DNA from: an uncultured Rhodobacter sp.
Lineage (GTDB): Bacteria > Pseudomonadota > Alphaproteobacteria > Rhodobacterales > Rhodobacteraceae
Assembly: GCA_964555305.1 (NCBI GenBank)
Contig: CAZKSE010000001.1
Span: forward strand, 2,231-34,230
Length of the DNA: 32,000 nt
Reading direction: 5' to 3'
Part shown: positions 1 to 8,441 of the stretch, in pieces
Numbering within the stretch: position 1 is the stretch's first letter
Layout: each line of letters starts with the position of its first letter
Notes under the pieces: generated by a model
Database searches by the model: none
What the model was told of the DNA's origin: nothing
What the model saw: only the letters and a program-made list of their open reading frames with translations
Translations under genes and position numbers: made by a program

Positions 1-1
1 C

Positions 2-1411
2 AATATCTTGGCCCTTGGCACGTGGCTCAGAGATGCGTTGCCAGATCTCGAAATCATATGTCGAGATGGTGGGATTTGCGGAACGGAGCTAATCTTGGAA
101 GAAATAGAGGCAATTCGTCCTTGGTTGGTTGGCATTGGGACGCTCTGCACATCCTATCATACCGCTCTAAACATCGCGAAAGTCTCAAAATCAATCGGCG
201 CCTACACGGTTTTGGGGAACGATCACGCTGCACATCTCTCCCGACAGATTATCAGGAACCGTCCAACTGTCGATTTTGTGATTGCAGCGGAATACGGTGA
301 ATACGCGCTTGAAATTTTAATCAAAGAGCTTCTCGACGGCGTTGGTGATTTTGGAAGTATTCCGTCACTAACTTATCGCTCAGCAGGTGGGGAGGCAGCA
401 GGGTTTGATTACGCAACACAGAAGAACAAGCTCGCTATCGCAAATCTACCCTTCGAGGCCGCGAAGCGCAGAAAAGGCGCTTTGGATATATTTCCGACAG
501 TCGATCGAACACTTTATCCGAGATTCATGTGGGAAGGTTACCTAGAGAATTATCTATCCGCCTTCGGCCATCTGCACGGCAATCTCGCACCAACTGGTAT
601 TACGACGATGAACCGGGCCCGTGGTTGCTCCCGAGCCAATGAAAACATCAAATGCAAACACTGCGACATGTTATTGGATGTTGCATTTTCTTCCGGGCAA
701 CGATTTTGGGATGAGGTGCGCGCCGCGCATGCCCAGGTTCAGTCTGAAGTGTTCTACGAAGTTTGTGATAGTCTGACCAGTTTTCCCCGATTCATTCGGG
801 AAGTTTGCCGGACTAGGCCGAAAGACCTCGGATTTGATCCCTCGTTTTTCATCTACGGCCAAGCGCTTGACATCGTTCGGAATGACGATCTGGGTGACCT
901 TCTAGCGGAGCTCAATGTCTTCAAGCTGAACATCGGCTTGGAATCTGGGTGCGATCAAACCCTCCGACACATGAAGGGGCCGAAGGACTCCGTTGAAATT
1001 AATGAGGCGGCCCTACGAGTACTCAAGCAGCGTGGGATAAATGTTTACGGATCTTTTGTTCTCGGCACCGAGCCTGAAACCCAGGAGACCCTGCGGACTA
1101 CGGTAGACTGGATAAGGCGTATCATCGACGAGGGCCTGATCAGCGACGTTGAAGCTCAGCCGATCCTCCCACTACACAACAATCACTATGGTAGGAAGTT
1201 ATTTTCATCTTACCGCCCAAGTACCGAAGAGGATTGGCCAATAGATATAGATGAGGTTTCACGAGAATTCATCACACGATATTCGGGTGTTTCATATGAA
1301 GACTGCATCGCCGCAGCGAACGAAATTCGCCAGCACGCCAGTCAGGCGCGTATCAACTTCGGAAGCGGTCTCTCTAAGAAGGAGAATTATGACGTGATGA
1401 CAGCGAACTGA
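2..1411 (+). CDS. Radical SAM superfamily protein with an N-terminal B12-binding-like domain; 5' end probably cut by the window edge
   Basis: ORF track 8..1411 (TTG at 8). The same frame has no stop back to nt 2. The segments [17 protein letters not shown] and [10 protein letters not shown] look like radical SAM core strands. The first ~130 aa resemble the Rossmann-like B12-binding domain. The Cys cluster is C207-x8-C216-x2-C219 (nt 626-664), not the canonical CxxxCxxC. A 17-nt gap to the next gene suggests an operon. Confidence 0.6.
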   Translation, partial: NILALGTWLRDALPDLEIICRDGGICGTELILEEIEAIRPWLVGIGTLCTSYHTALNIAKVSKSIGAYTVLGNDHAAHLSRQIIRNRPTVDFVIAAEYGEYALEILIKELLDGVGDFGSIPSLTYRSAGGEAAGFDYATQKNKLAIANLPFEAAKRRKGALDIFPTVDRTLYPRFMWEGYLENYLSAFGHLHGNLAPTGITTMNRARGCSRANENIKCKHCDMLLDVAFSSGQRFWDEVRAAHAQVQSEVFYEVCDSLTSFPRFIREVCRTRPKDLGFDPSFFIYGQALDIVRNDDLGDLLAELNVFKLNIGLESGCDQTLRHMKGPKDSVEINEAALRVLKQRGINVYGSFVLGTEPETQETLRTTVDWIRRIIDEGLISDVEAQPILPLHNNHYGRKLFSSYRPSTEEDWPIDIDEVSREFITRYSGVSYEDCIAAANEIRQHASQARINFGSGLSKKENYDVMTAN

Positions 1412-1428
1412 GTATCTGGATCCAGCCG

Positions 1429-2358
1429 ATGCCAATTGCTTTGGATGAGAAGCTGCCTGCCTTTCAGGTTTTGTCTGGTGAGGGCGTGCTGGTTATGAAG
1501 TCAAGTCGAGCCGTTGCCCAAGACATCAGGCCACTTCGGATCGGGTTGCTGAACCTAATGCCCCAAAAGATTGAAACAGAAATACAGTTTGCCCGCCTTG
1601 TTGGTGCAACGCCGTTGCAGATAGACTTGCGCATTATTCGAATGTCCAGTTACTCTTTCCGCAGCACCTCAAGCGTTCACATGGACAGCTTCTGCCAGTC
1701 CTTCGATGATATCTATCACTCGGGTGAGAAATTTGACGGGCTTATTGTTACTGGTACCCCGATTGAACACCTTCCTTTTGAAGCAGTTATCTATTGGGAT
1801 GAACTGCGTAGGATATTAGACTGGGCGCAAAGGAATGTTCACTCGACCATCGGTGTTTGTTGGGGCGGCATGGCGATGGTCAAACATTTTCATGGCCTTG
1901 AGAAGCACGATCTATCGGAGAAAGCGTTTGGCTGTTTCTTGCACCGCATCCATGATCAATTATCACCGTTGCTACGTGGGTTTTCAGATGAGATATTCAT
2001 ACCTGTAAGTCGGTGGGCGGAGATTCATCAACGGGACATCGATGCAGATTCAGAACTCAAAACCCTCCTATCTAGCGACGAAACAGGCCCGTGTCTTGTT
2101 GAGGCCAAGCCTTACCGAACTGTATACTTTTTTAATAATCTAGAGTATGAGAGATTGTCTCTGAAAGAAGATTATGACTGTGATGTAAAAAATGGACGAA
2201 AAATAGACCTGCCTTGCAACTATTACCCTGATGACAACCCTGCCGCTCAACCCGAGAACCGATGGCGCAGCCATGCACATCTTTTTTTGGGAAATTGGAT
2301 AAATGAAATTTATCAGAACACATGGTATGACATGAATAGCATCGGAGCGACCTCTTAG
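1429..2358 (+). CDS. MetA-family (homoserine O-acyltransferase-like) protein, a divergent paralog
   Basis: The 309-aa protein is collinear by eye with E. coli MetA: MPI..LP...L......[34 protein letters not shown], and VCW (Cys144, the nucleophile position). The GHPEY motif reads NNLEY (nt 2134-2148). Confidence 0.85.
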   Translation: MPIALDEKLPAFQVLSGEGVLVMKSSRAVAQDIRPLRIGLLNLMPQKIETEIQFARLVGATPLQIDLRIIRMSSYSFRSTSSVHMDSFCQSFDDIYHSGEKFDGLIVTGTPIEHLPFEAVIYWDELRRILDWAQRNVHSTIGVCWGGMAMVKHFHGLEKHDLSEKAFGCFLHRIHDQLSPLLRGFSDEIFIPVSRWAEIHQRDIDADSELKTLLSSDETGPCLVEAKPYRTVYFFNNLEYERLSLKEDYDCDVKNGRKIDLPCNYYPDDNPAAQPENRWRSHAHLFLGNWINEIYQNTWYDMNSIGATS

Positions 2359-2551
2359 ATTGTGAAGTTCATGATATAAATTAGGCTATGGATAGCCGTG
2401 AAGGACAGGTTTCACGGATTAATCAGTGGGTGCGGGCTTGGATCGGGGCCGTTTTGACCGACGTGTGCGGCTGGCCAAATGGACCTTCAGATAAAACTCT
2501 ACGATATAGGTCGACGGCGTTTAAGCCCCCCGAATCGGGACGATCCCACCG

Positions 2552-3466
2552 CTACCGCGGTCGAATTTTGCGCCGCCGCTTGTATACGTTACGGGCCATG
2601 CCGAGAAGCCGCAGGGCGGCGCGCTTGGGATTCGACTCGAGCCAAACGGCCTGGACGTGGCCAAGGCTGCCGGGGCCGACAATCGGCCGCCAGACAGTAT
2701 CCACGAGTTTGACGCCCTTGGCGAAGCTCTCACCAGCGATCGTGAATCCCTTGCCGATCTGCACCTTGAGAAGGACTGTCGCTTGGCAGGCGCAGCACTG
2801 TTCGATGATGGGGGCGCGGTCGTTCGCAACGATCTGGTGCATGAGGCTAGGTTCGAGCAGCGGGCCATCAACGCCTTGGGGCACAAGCAGGCGTTCGTCG
2901 GCTAAGTCGCCCCAAGTCAGCGCCGCATTTCCGGAAAGCGGATGGTTGGCGGCGAGTAAAGCGGCAATGCCTTCCTGCCAGATCGTCTCGGCCTGGCAGC
3001 CCCGCGTGTCGTAGCCGCCGCACATAAAGGCGATATCGATCTCCCGGCGACGGATGGCATTTGCCTGTTTGCGGCAAGAACCATCCTGGATGTTGACCTC
3101 AATCTCTGGGCAGGTCTTCTCAAAGCGGTCAACGAGGCGAACCAGGAATTCGCGGCCGAACGGTGTGCTGATGCCGATGCGGAGCCTGTCGTTTTCCTTG
3201 TTTCGCCGCGCGGCGCACGTCAGGGCTTCTTCGAGACCATCATAGTGGCTACGAACGCTTTCGATCCAGTCCAGGCCTTCCGCGGTCAGCCGGACACCAG
3301 TGTTGTCGCGATGGAAAATCTGGATATCGAGTTGCTGCTCGATGGCAACTATGTTCCGGCTGACGGTCGATTCGTGCACCCCAAAAGCCCGCGCCACGCT
3401 GCGCATGCTGCTCACCTCCGCGACCGCCAGCACATATTTGAGATGACGAAGTGAACTTTCTGTCAC
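2552..3466 (-). CDS. LysR-family transcriptional regulator
   Basis: 304 aa with a GTG start. The N-terminal wHTH reads LRHLKYVLAVAEVSSMRSVARAFGVHESTVSRNIVAIEQQLDIQIFHR, followed by a typical LysR substrate-binding domain length. Confidence 0.9.
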   Translation of the reverse strand: MTESSLRHLKYVLAVAEVSSMRSVARAFGVHESTVSRNIVAIEQQLDIQIFHRDNTGVRLTAEGLDWIESVRSHYDGLEEALTCAARRNKENDRLRIGISTPFGREFLVRLVDRFEKTCPEIEVNIQDGSCRKQANAIRRREIDIAFMCGGYDTRGCQAETIWQEGIAALLAANHPLSGNAALTWGDLADERLLVPQGVDGPLLEPSLMHQIVANDRAPIIEQCCACQATVLLKVQIGKGFTIAGESFAKGVKLVDTVWRPIVGPGSLGHVQAVWLESNPKRAALRLLGMARNVYKRRRKIRPR

Positions 3467-3573
3467 ATGCCCCCCGCAATTTTTCCCGCACTATGTGGCC
3501 GTGAAGGTGGAGCCAGAAAATGACCAGTTGGCTGCTCGCCCCTCCGGGTGGGGTTTCTCGCGGCAGGGTTCTG

Positions 3574-4033
3574 TTACCAGCTTCCAGTATTCGACATACT
3601 CACCCAAGGCTCTCGGGATGGAAGCGGCTGCCCCCTTTGCAGGAGTTCGAGCGAGATCCCGTCCGGCGACTTGACGAACGCCATGTGGCCGTCGCGCGGA
3701 GGGCGGTTGATGTTGACGCCCGCTGCCTGAAGCCGCGCGCAGGTCGCATAGATGTCGTCCACGACGAAGGCGAGATGGCCGAAATTGCGCGCCCCCCTGA
3801 CTGATGTCTTCGGTTTCGCCATTCTGACCGGGCCAGTTGTAGGTGAGTTCGAGAAGTGGCGCCTTGCTGGCGCGTCCCGCGGTCTCGTCTTCGTCCGCCG
3901 CCAGGAAGATGAGGGTGAAGCGACCGGACGGGTTCTCGATGCGGTTCACTTCCACCATGCCGAGCAGATCACAATAGAAATGAAGGGACGTTTCGATGTC
4001 CGAGACGCGAACCATCGTGTGCAGGTATTTCAT
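3574..4033 (-). pseudogene. gloA: Lactoylglutathione lyase (glyoxalase I), disrupted by a +1 frameshift in a homopolymer run
   Basis: The N-terminal half (MKYLHTMVRVSDIETSLHFYCDLLGM...[20 protein letters not shown]) is in the frame of ORF 3491..4243, starting at the ATG at 4033. The C-terminal half ([52 protein letters not shown]) is in the frame of ORF 3574..3822. The switch falls at the C6 run 3792-3797 (G6 on the coding strand). The span is 460 nt, which is 3n+1. Confidence 0.8.
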
Positions 4034-4104
4034 TGGGATTCTCCCGGTTGGTGATTGAGGTCGCGCCCTGGCGGACGCGACGGGGAAAGGCGCGGGCCAA
4101 ACGG

Positions 4105-4130
4105 TCATCCCGGCCCCAAGGCCGGGATGA
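4105..4130 (-). terminator. Strong GC-rich hairpin between the DJ-1-like gene and gloA (terminator-like)
   Basis: The sequence tcatcccggcc-ccaa-ggccgggatga forms an 11-bp perfect stem with a 4-nt loop. It lies 58 nt downstream of the 4188 stop on the minus strand. The trailing sequence CCGTTTGG gives only a weak U-tract. Confidence 0.35.
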
Positions 4131-4187
4131 GGCGTTCGGTGGCGGTGGGATGAGGAAGACGGCGCGGTTTCATGGCCATCGCGTATG

Positions 4188-4898
4188 TCACGCAGTAGCC
4201 GTTTGCTCTTTCTGGGCGAGGGCTTCGAGCATCTTCTCTGCAACCAGCGCGGCCGAGGCCGGGTTCTGGCCGGTGATCAGTTTGCCATCGCGCACTGCAT
4301 GTCCCTTGAAGTTGTCCGTGCCCTCGAACTTGGCGCCGAGCTCGCGCAGCCGGGATTCGAGCAGGAACGGCATCACCTCAACAAGCCCAACCGCTTGTTC
4401 CTCTGCATCGGTGAAGGCATTGACGCGAAGGCCTTCGACAACAGGCCGACCGTCGGCCCGCCTGGCTGCGACGAGACCGGCGGGGCCGTGGCACACCGCG
4501 CCGATAATTCCGCCCGCGTCGAAGATCTTGCCGACCAGGGTCGCCAGAGCATCGCTCTTGGGGAAATCGAACATCGTTCCGTGGCCGCCGGCAAGGAAGA
4601 TGCCGTCGAAATCGGCCGGAGACACATCGTCGATCCGCGCCGTTTTCGAAAGCAGCGCCATCGCATGACTGTCGACCAGGAAGCGCGCGACGGGCTCAGG
4701 GCGCTCCGATGGATCGTCCTTGACGCTGGAGGGATCGTATTCGGGGTGTCCGCCCTCGATCGAGGCGATCGTGATCTCGTGACCGGCATCGACCAGTGCC
4801 CAATAGGGCGTTGCCATTTCGTCGAAATAGAAGCCGGTCTTCTTTTCGGTGCTGCCGACCTTGGTATGGGACGTCAACACGATCAGAATTCTTGCCAT
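4188..4898 (-). CDS. DJ-1/PfpI-superfamily (class I glutamine amidotransferase-like) protein, possibly a glyoxalase III-type enzyme
   Basis: 236 aa from the ATG at 4898, with an AGAGGA SD upstream. The ORF-track N-terminal extension is not protein-like. It has the nucleophile elbow GAVCHGPAG, IFLAGGHG, and C-terminal LITGQNPAS. Confidence 0.85.
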   Translation of the reverse strand: MARILIVLTSHTKVGSTEKKTGFYFDEMATPYWALVDAGHEITIASIEGGHPEYDPSSVKDDPSERPEPVARFLVDSHAMALLSKTARIDDVSPADFDGIFLAGGHGTMFDFPKSDALATLVGKIFDAGGIIGAVCHGPAGLVAARRADGRPVVEGLRVNAFTDAEEQAVGLVEVMPFLLESRLRELGAKFEGTDNFKGHAVRDGKLITGQNPASAALVAEKMLEALAQKEQTATA

Positions 4899-4955
4899 TG
4901 TGTTATCCTCTGTTTGAGACAGAGGAACAATGCTTGACTTTGGGCCCGTGCGGAA

Positions 4956-4979
4956 ATTGGAAGTCCCGATAGTTCCAAT
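4956..4979. promoter_or_regulatory. Dyad-symmetric candidate operator upstream of the DJ-1-like gene
   Basis: ATTGGAA-N10-TTCCAAT has perfect 7-bp inverted arms. It lies in the 95-nt gap between the stop of the LysR gene (4994) and the start of the DJ-1-like gene (4898). Confidence 0.25.
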
Positions 4980-4993
4980 CGCGCAGACAATGC

Positions 4994-5914
4994 CTATTGC
5001 GACGAGGCGGCAAAGGCCTTGGAAACCTGGGTGCGGAACCATTGCTGTGCAGGATCGCTATCGGCGACCACGCTCCAGGTCATCAGATTCCTGACCGGCG
5101 GAATGTCGACTGGGCATGGATCGATCTCCAGTTGGCCGATGGCCGCCAGTTTCTCGGCGATGAAATCCGGTATCGTCGCTATCATGTCGTTGTCGGGCAG
5201 AACCGCCAGAAGCAACGCGAAGTTGGAAAGACCGATGGCGACGCGTCTGCTCCGGCCCAGGGCCTGCAACTGATCGTCCACAAAGCCGCAGAGGTCCCCC
5301 CTTGGGGTGACGATGGCATGCGGCCGCACGCAGAAGTCGTCGAGATCGGTGACCGGCGGCTGTCGCGCGTCGCGCAGCACAACCCAGCCCGCATTGCGCA
5401 GCACTTTCATCTTGGCGGTGGCCGGAAGGTTCTCCCGCATATACCCTATCGCGGTCGTGATCTGCCCTGCAGCGAGCATATCCGGGAGCGTGCGATAGTC
5501 ACCGATCCGCACAATGAGATCGCAGCCCGGGGCATGTGCCCTCAAGGTTTGCGTCAGGCTTGGCAGGATCGAGAAAGCGACCGCATCCGTGCATCCGAGA
5601 TGGAATTCGCGGGTGTGCAGGGCAGGATCGAAGTCCAGTGTGGTTCCGACGGCGGCCGAGAGCGCCTCGAGATGAGGTTTGGTGAGCCTGACCAGTTCGA
5701 GCGCCTTCGTGGTCGGCTCCAGGGCGCGGCCATTGCGCACCAACAGTTCATCGCCCAGTGTCTCGCGGAGCTTGGCAAGAACACCCGAGACCGTCGATTG
5801 GGCCAGATGTAACCGTCTGGCGGCGCGGACGGTGCTTTTTTCCTCGACCAGAACCACCAGCGCCGACAAGAGGTTCAGATCGAGATTGCCAAGACTTGTA
5901 CGACTGAATGACAT
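4994..5914 (-). CDS. LysR-family transcriptional regulator
   Basis: 306 aa from the ATG at 5914. The wHTH reads LDLNLLSALVVLVEEKSTVRAARRLHLAQSTVSGVLAKLRETLGDELLVR. Confidence 0.9.
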   Translation of the reverse strand: MSFSRTSLGNLDLNLLSALVVLVEEKSTVRAARRLHLAQSTVSGVLAKLRETLGDELLVRNGRALEPTTKALELVRLTKPHLEALSAAVGTTLDFDPALHTREFHLGCTDAVAFSILPSLTQTLRAHAPGCDLIVRIGDYRTLPDMLAAGQITTAIGYMRENLPATAKMKVLRNAGWVVLRDARQPPVTDLDDFCVRPHAIVTPRGDLCGFVDDQLQALGRSRRVAIGLSNFALLLAVLPDNDMIATIPDFIAEKLAAIGQLEIDPCPVDIPPVRNLMTWSVVADSDPAQQWFRTQVSKAFAASSQ

Positions 5915-5940
5915 GGCTTTCCTTGAAGACGAAAGAATGC

Positions 5941-5957
5941 CGGGGATGACATCCCCG
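5941..5957 (-). terminator. Hairpin plus T-rich tail downstream of the cupin-PfpI-HAD operon
   Basis: The sequence cggggat-gac-atccccg forms a 7-bp stem. On the minus strand it is followed by GCATTCTTTCGTCTTC. It lies 77 nt after the HAD stop (6034). Confidence 0.35.
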
Positions 5958-6033
5958 TCTCCAAGTAATAGCACATTGGATTGCAATCAGAATCCCCTTC
6001 GCGGCGTTGTTCTTGCGTCATCGCGGCGGCGGA

Positions 6034-6777
6034 TCAGGAACTGCCAGCCGCCGTCAACTTCGCGACTTCGGAGAGATGGAGCATGCGCACATCGTGCTCC
6101 GCGGCGACCGCAAGGTCCTCCGGACCGTGGTATCCCCATCCCGCCCATTCGACCCGAACGGGAAGATCGCGGGCATCGAGGATGTTCTCGATGCTGTCGT
6201 CGACGAAAATAATGCCTCCGCCGGCCATGTCCGGGTCATGGTTGACGAGGGCCTGAAGGACATGACGCTTGTTCTTGCACGCCCCTTCGATCCTTGAGAC
6301 CTTTTCGTCCAATCCATGAAGCTTCAGGACCGCCTTGATCGACTCGGCATCCTTTGCAGAGACGATCACGATGTCCTGGCCGGCATTGGTGATCAGTTCG
6401 GCGACCTCGGGATGTACGGTGTGCAGCCCGGTCCACTGGTCATATTGCTGGTCACGCCAGTTGCCCCTGACGCGCTCGGCAACCGCTGCCTGGTCCGCGA
6501 GATCGCGCCTGTGCAGATCGCGGGTGCTCTGGAAGAGCGGCCGGTCGATGCTACCGGGGCGTTCATGGAGAAAGTTGGTGACCATGAAATCATCGAGCGT
6601 GCGGCTGTAAGCGCGAACCTGTCTGAAGGTTTCGATGAACGAATGAGGCACCTCGTCGATCGCATCGGGAAGACGGGGTGCTGCCGCACCCCGTCCGAAT
6701 GGTCCCGCATGCCAGGTTACCGCCGCGCATTCCTGCAACGCGTCGGCAACCACGCCGTCGAAATCAAGCGCGAGCAT
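6034..6777 (-). CDS. HAD-superfamily hydrolase
   Basis: 247 aa from the ATG at 6777. HAD motif I is LALDFDGVVAD (DxDxV). The late motif is IIFVDDSIENI (acidic DD). It overlaps the preceding gene by 14 nt. Confidence 0.75.
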   Translation of the reverse strand: MLALDFDGVVADALQECAAVTWHAGPFGRGAAAPRLPDAIDEVPHSFIETFRQVRAYSRTLDDFMVTNFLHERPGSIDRPLFQSTRDLHRRDLADQAAVAERVRGNWRDQQYDQWTGLHTVHPEVAELITNAGQDIVIVSAKDAESIKAVLKLHGLDEKVSRIEGACKNKRHVLQALVNHDPDMAGGGIIFVDDSIENILDARDLPVRVEWAGWGYHGPEDLAVAAEHDVRMLHLSEVAKLTAAGSS

Positions 6778-7336
6778 ATTGCTTCTCCGAGCTGGCCTCG
6801 GCCGCCCTCGCTTCAACGACCTCGAACATCGTCCGCATGAACTTGCCGACATAGGCGTAATAGGAGCAGGTGATGATGTTGCCATCCGTGACGACATCGC
6901 CATCGATGACATTCGCGCCGGCGTTGATCACATCATCGCGCAGGCCGATATAGGCGCAGGCAGTCTTGTCCCGAAGAACACCGGCGCTGACCATAATCCA
7001 GGGGCCATGGCACAGTCCGGCCACCACTTTTCCGGCGGCGTCCATGCCGCGCACGAAATCCAGAACGGGCTTGACCTGGCGAACGCGGTCGGGGGCTTCG
7101 TGACCGCCGGTGAGCACCACGGCGTCGTAGTCGTCAACGGCCAGATCGTCATAGGAGATCAGGGGTTGGGCGGTCTTGTCCATGGGAAGGGGAACCCCGT
7201 ATTTCCCGATGGTTTCACGGCCGTCCTTGGTGGCGACGTCGACCTCCCAGCCCTCTTCGATGAGGCGGTAATAGGTGTAGATGACGTCGTGGTCCTGGAA
7301 GCCTTGCCCGGTGATGATTGCTGCGCGTCTCGACAT
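6764..7336 (-). CDS. DJ-1/PfpI-family protein (PfpI-type intracellular protease/amidase-like)
   Basis: 190 aa from the ATG at 7336. Motifs are VVLTGGHEAP and the nucleophile elbow AGLCHGPW. The length is typical for this family. Confidence 0.85.
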   Translation of the reverse strand: MSRRAAIITGQGFQDHDVIYTYYRLIEEGWEVDVATKDGRETIGKYGVPLPMDKTAQPLISYDDLAVDDYDAVVLTGGHEAPDRVRQVKPVLDFVRGMDAAGKVVAGLCHGPWIMVSAGVLRDKTACAYIGLRDDVINAGANVIDGDVVTDGNIITCSYYAYVGKFMRTMFEVVEARAAEASSEKQYARA

Positions 7337-7370
7337 GAATTTACCTTTCGTCTTTTGAGGGAGGGGAGGA

Positions 7371-8153
7371 TCAGGCGCCGACAGCTTCGACGCAGAGGTA
7401 GTGCGCATCGGTGTCGACGTTCTCTTTCTCGCGCGCCTGATCGCTCAGGATGATCATGTCGTCGGAGAGCAGAGCGTCGATGCCGAGTTTGATCAGGAAC
7501 GCGCCGTCGGCGATGCTGCGATAAAAGACATCCATTCCAGTCCGGATCGAGAACCTGAACTTCCCGCAAGGGGAGACGGGGCAGAAGCTGGCATTGGGAA
7601 ACTGCGGATGGCGCCGACGACCGGCGGGCAACGGAGTGCCCTCGGGCTCGTACTGCTTTGCAGCGCGATCATAGTTGTCGGCCAGCCGCACAAGATCGAA
7701 TTTGTTCCTCGGCGTTTCCACCTCGATCAGCATCAGCGGCTCGGTGCCGTCATCGCATTTCGTCGCGTGAAAGGCGCCTCGGCCGATGCGCAGGATCGTG
7801 CCCTGGCTGATCGGGACCGAATTCTTGAGGTTGGTGCTGACCCCGGAGCCGGAAAGGCACAGGAGATAAGTGGTCTTGCGGGGATGCGCGTGTACGGAGG
7901 TGGACTGCCCCGGATTGATCTGGAGGTGCCAGATGTCGAGGAAGTCGTCCACAAAGGCGCGATATTCCTGCCCCCAGGGCTTGGTGATCAGCCCATTGAG
8001 ATATTCGTCGCGATCCTGCTGCTCGTTTTCGATGCGGATTCCGCTTTTGAGCAGATCGTTCAAGGCGGAGATGTCCTGTCTGGTGGCATCGATACGAATA
8101 GCGGGATCGATGGGGACGGAGGTGGTGTGTCGCGGGGATATTGCCTCAAGCAT
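7371..8153 (-). CDS. Cupin-domain protein
   Basis: 260 aa with an ATG at 8153 and a TGGAG SD. The KPWGQEY motif is followed by PGQSTSVHAHPRKTTYLLCLSG (cupin motif 1, HxH) and GTILRIGRGAFHATK (motif 2). It is the first gene of a three-gene minus-strand operon. Confidence 0.7.
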   Translation of the reverse strand: MLEAISPRHTTSVPIDPAIRIDATRQDISALNDLLKSGIRIENEQQDRDEYLNGLITKPWGQEYRAFVDDFLDIWHLQINPGQSTSVHAHPRKTTYLLCLSGSGVSTNLKNSVPISQGTILRIGRGAFHATKCDDGTEPLMLIEVETPRNKFDLVRLADNYDRAAKQYEPEGTPLPAGRRRHPQFPNASFCPVSPCGKFRFSIRTGMDVFYRSIADGAFLIKLGIDALLSDDMIILSDQAREKENVDTDAHYLCVEAVGA

Positions 8154-8415
8154 TTGAAACTCCAGTGGTGGTGACAGTCATACTTTTCGAATGCGAAACT
8201 GTGGGCCTCGCCCCTCCCTGCGCCGTCTCGTGGATGTCTACTTGTTCTTTTTCCTCGGTTCTTGGCTCTTCAAGTAAAAGGTATGGCGGATGGTCTTGAC
8301 GGCGGGAAATCGGAAAAGCCGATAGGAATAATTGTGAAACACTGCTTTCCCTCGTGCGCGTGAAGCATTTGTATTGATCGGTATGGCATCGAGTCCTGGG
8401 GCGTTGTTGGACACA

Positions 8416-8441
8416 AGCGCGGCGCGCTGCGACGCCGCGCT
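8416..8441 (-). terminator. GC hairpin overlapping the DUF2274 stop codon (candidate end of the trb operon)
   Basis: The sequence a-gcgcggcg-cgctgcga-cgccgcgc-t forms a 9-bp stem with an 8-nt loop. There is no clear U-tract (TTGTGTCC follows on the minus strand). Confidence 0.3.

Noticed and set aside
2384-2397. The palindrome ggctat-gg-atagcc downstream of the MetA-like gene, considered as a terminator
   Set aside because: A 6-bp stem with a 2-nt loop is sterically implausible as an RNA hairpin, and there is no U-tract.
3789-3798. The same 10-mer GCGCCCCCCT occurs at the gloA frameshift site and again at 24059-24068 inside the doubtful small ORF
   Set aside because: Two occurrences of a GC-rich 10-mer in 32 kb of high-GC DNA could be chance. 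I found no extended repeat around them. It is noted only because both are homopolymer runs prone to sequencing error.
3491-4243. A 250-aa ORF as a single CDS
   Set aside because: Only residues 71 to about 150 are GloA-like. The N-terminal 70 aa and the C-terminal 100 aa are junk. The region is better explained as gloA (ATG at 4033) with a frameshift at the C6 run, continuing in the frame of ORF 3574..3822.
8154-8440. A search for a tRNA gene, tRNA 3' fragment or att direct repeat at the end of the trb module
   Set aside because: I could find no cloverleaf-compatible sequence and no repeat matching any other part of the window. The other element end is outside the window, so att sites cannot be called.
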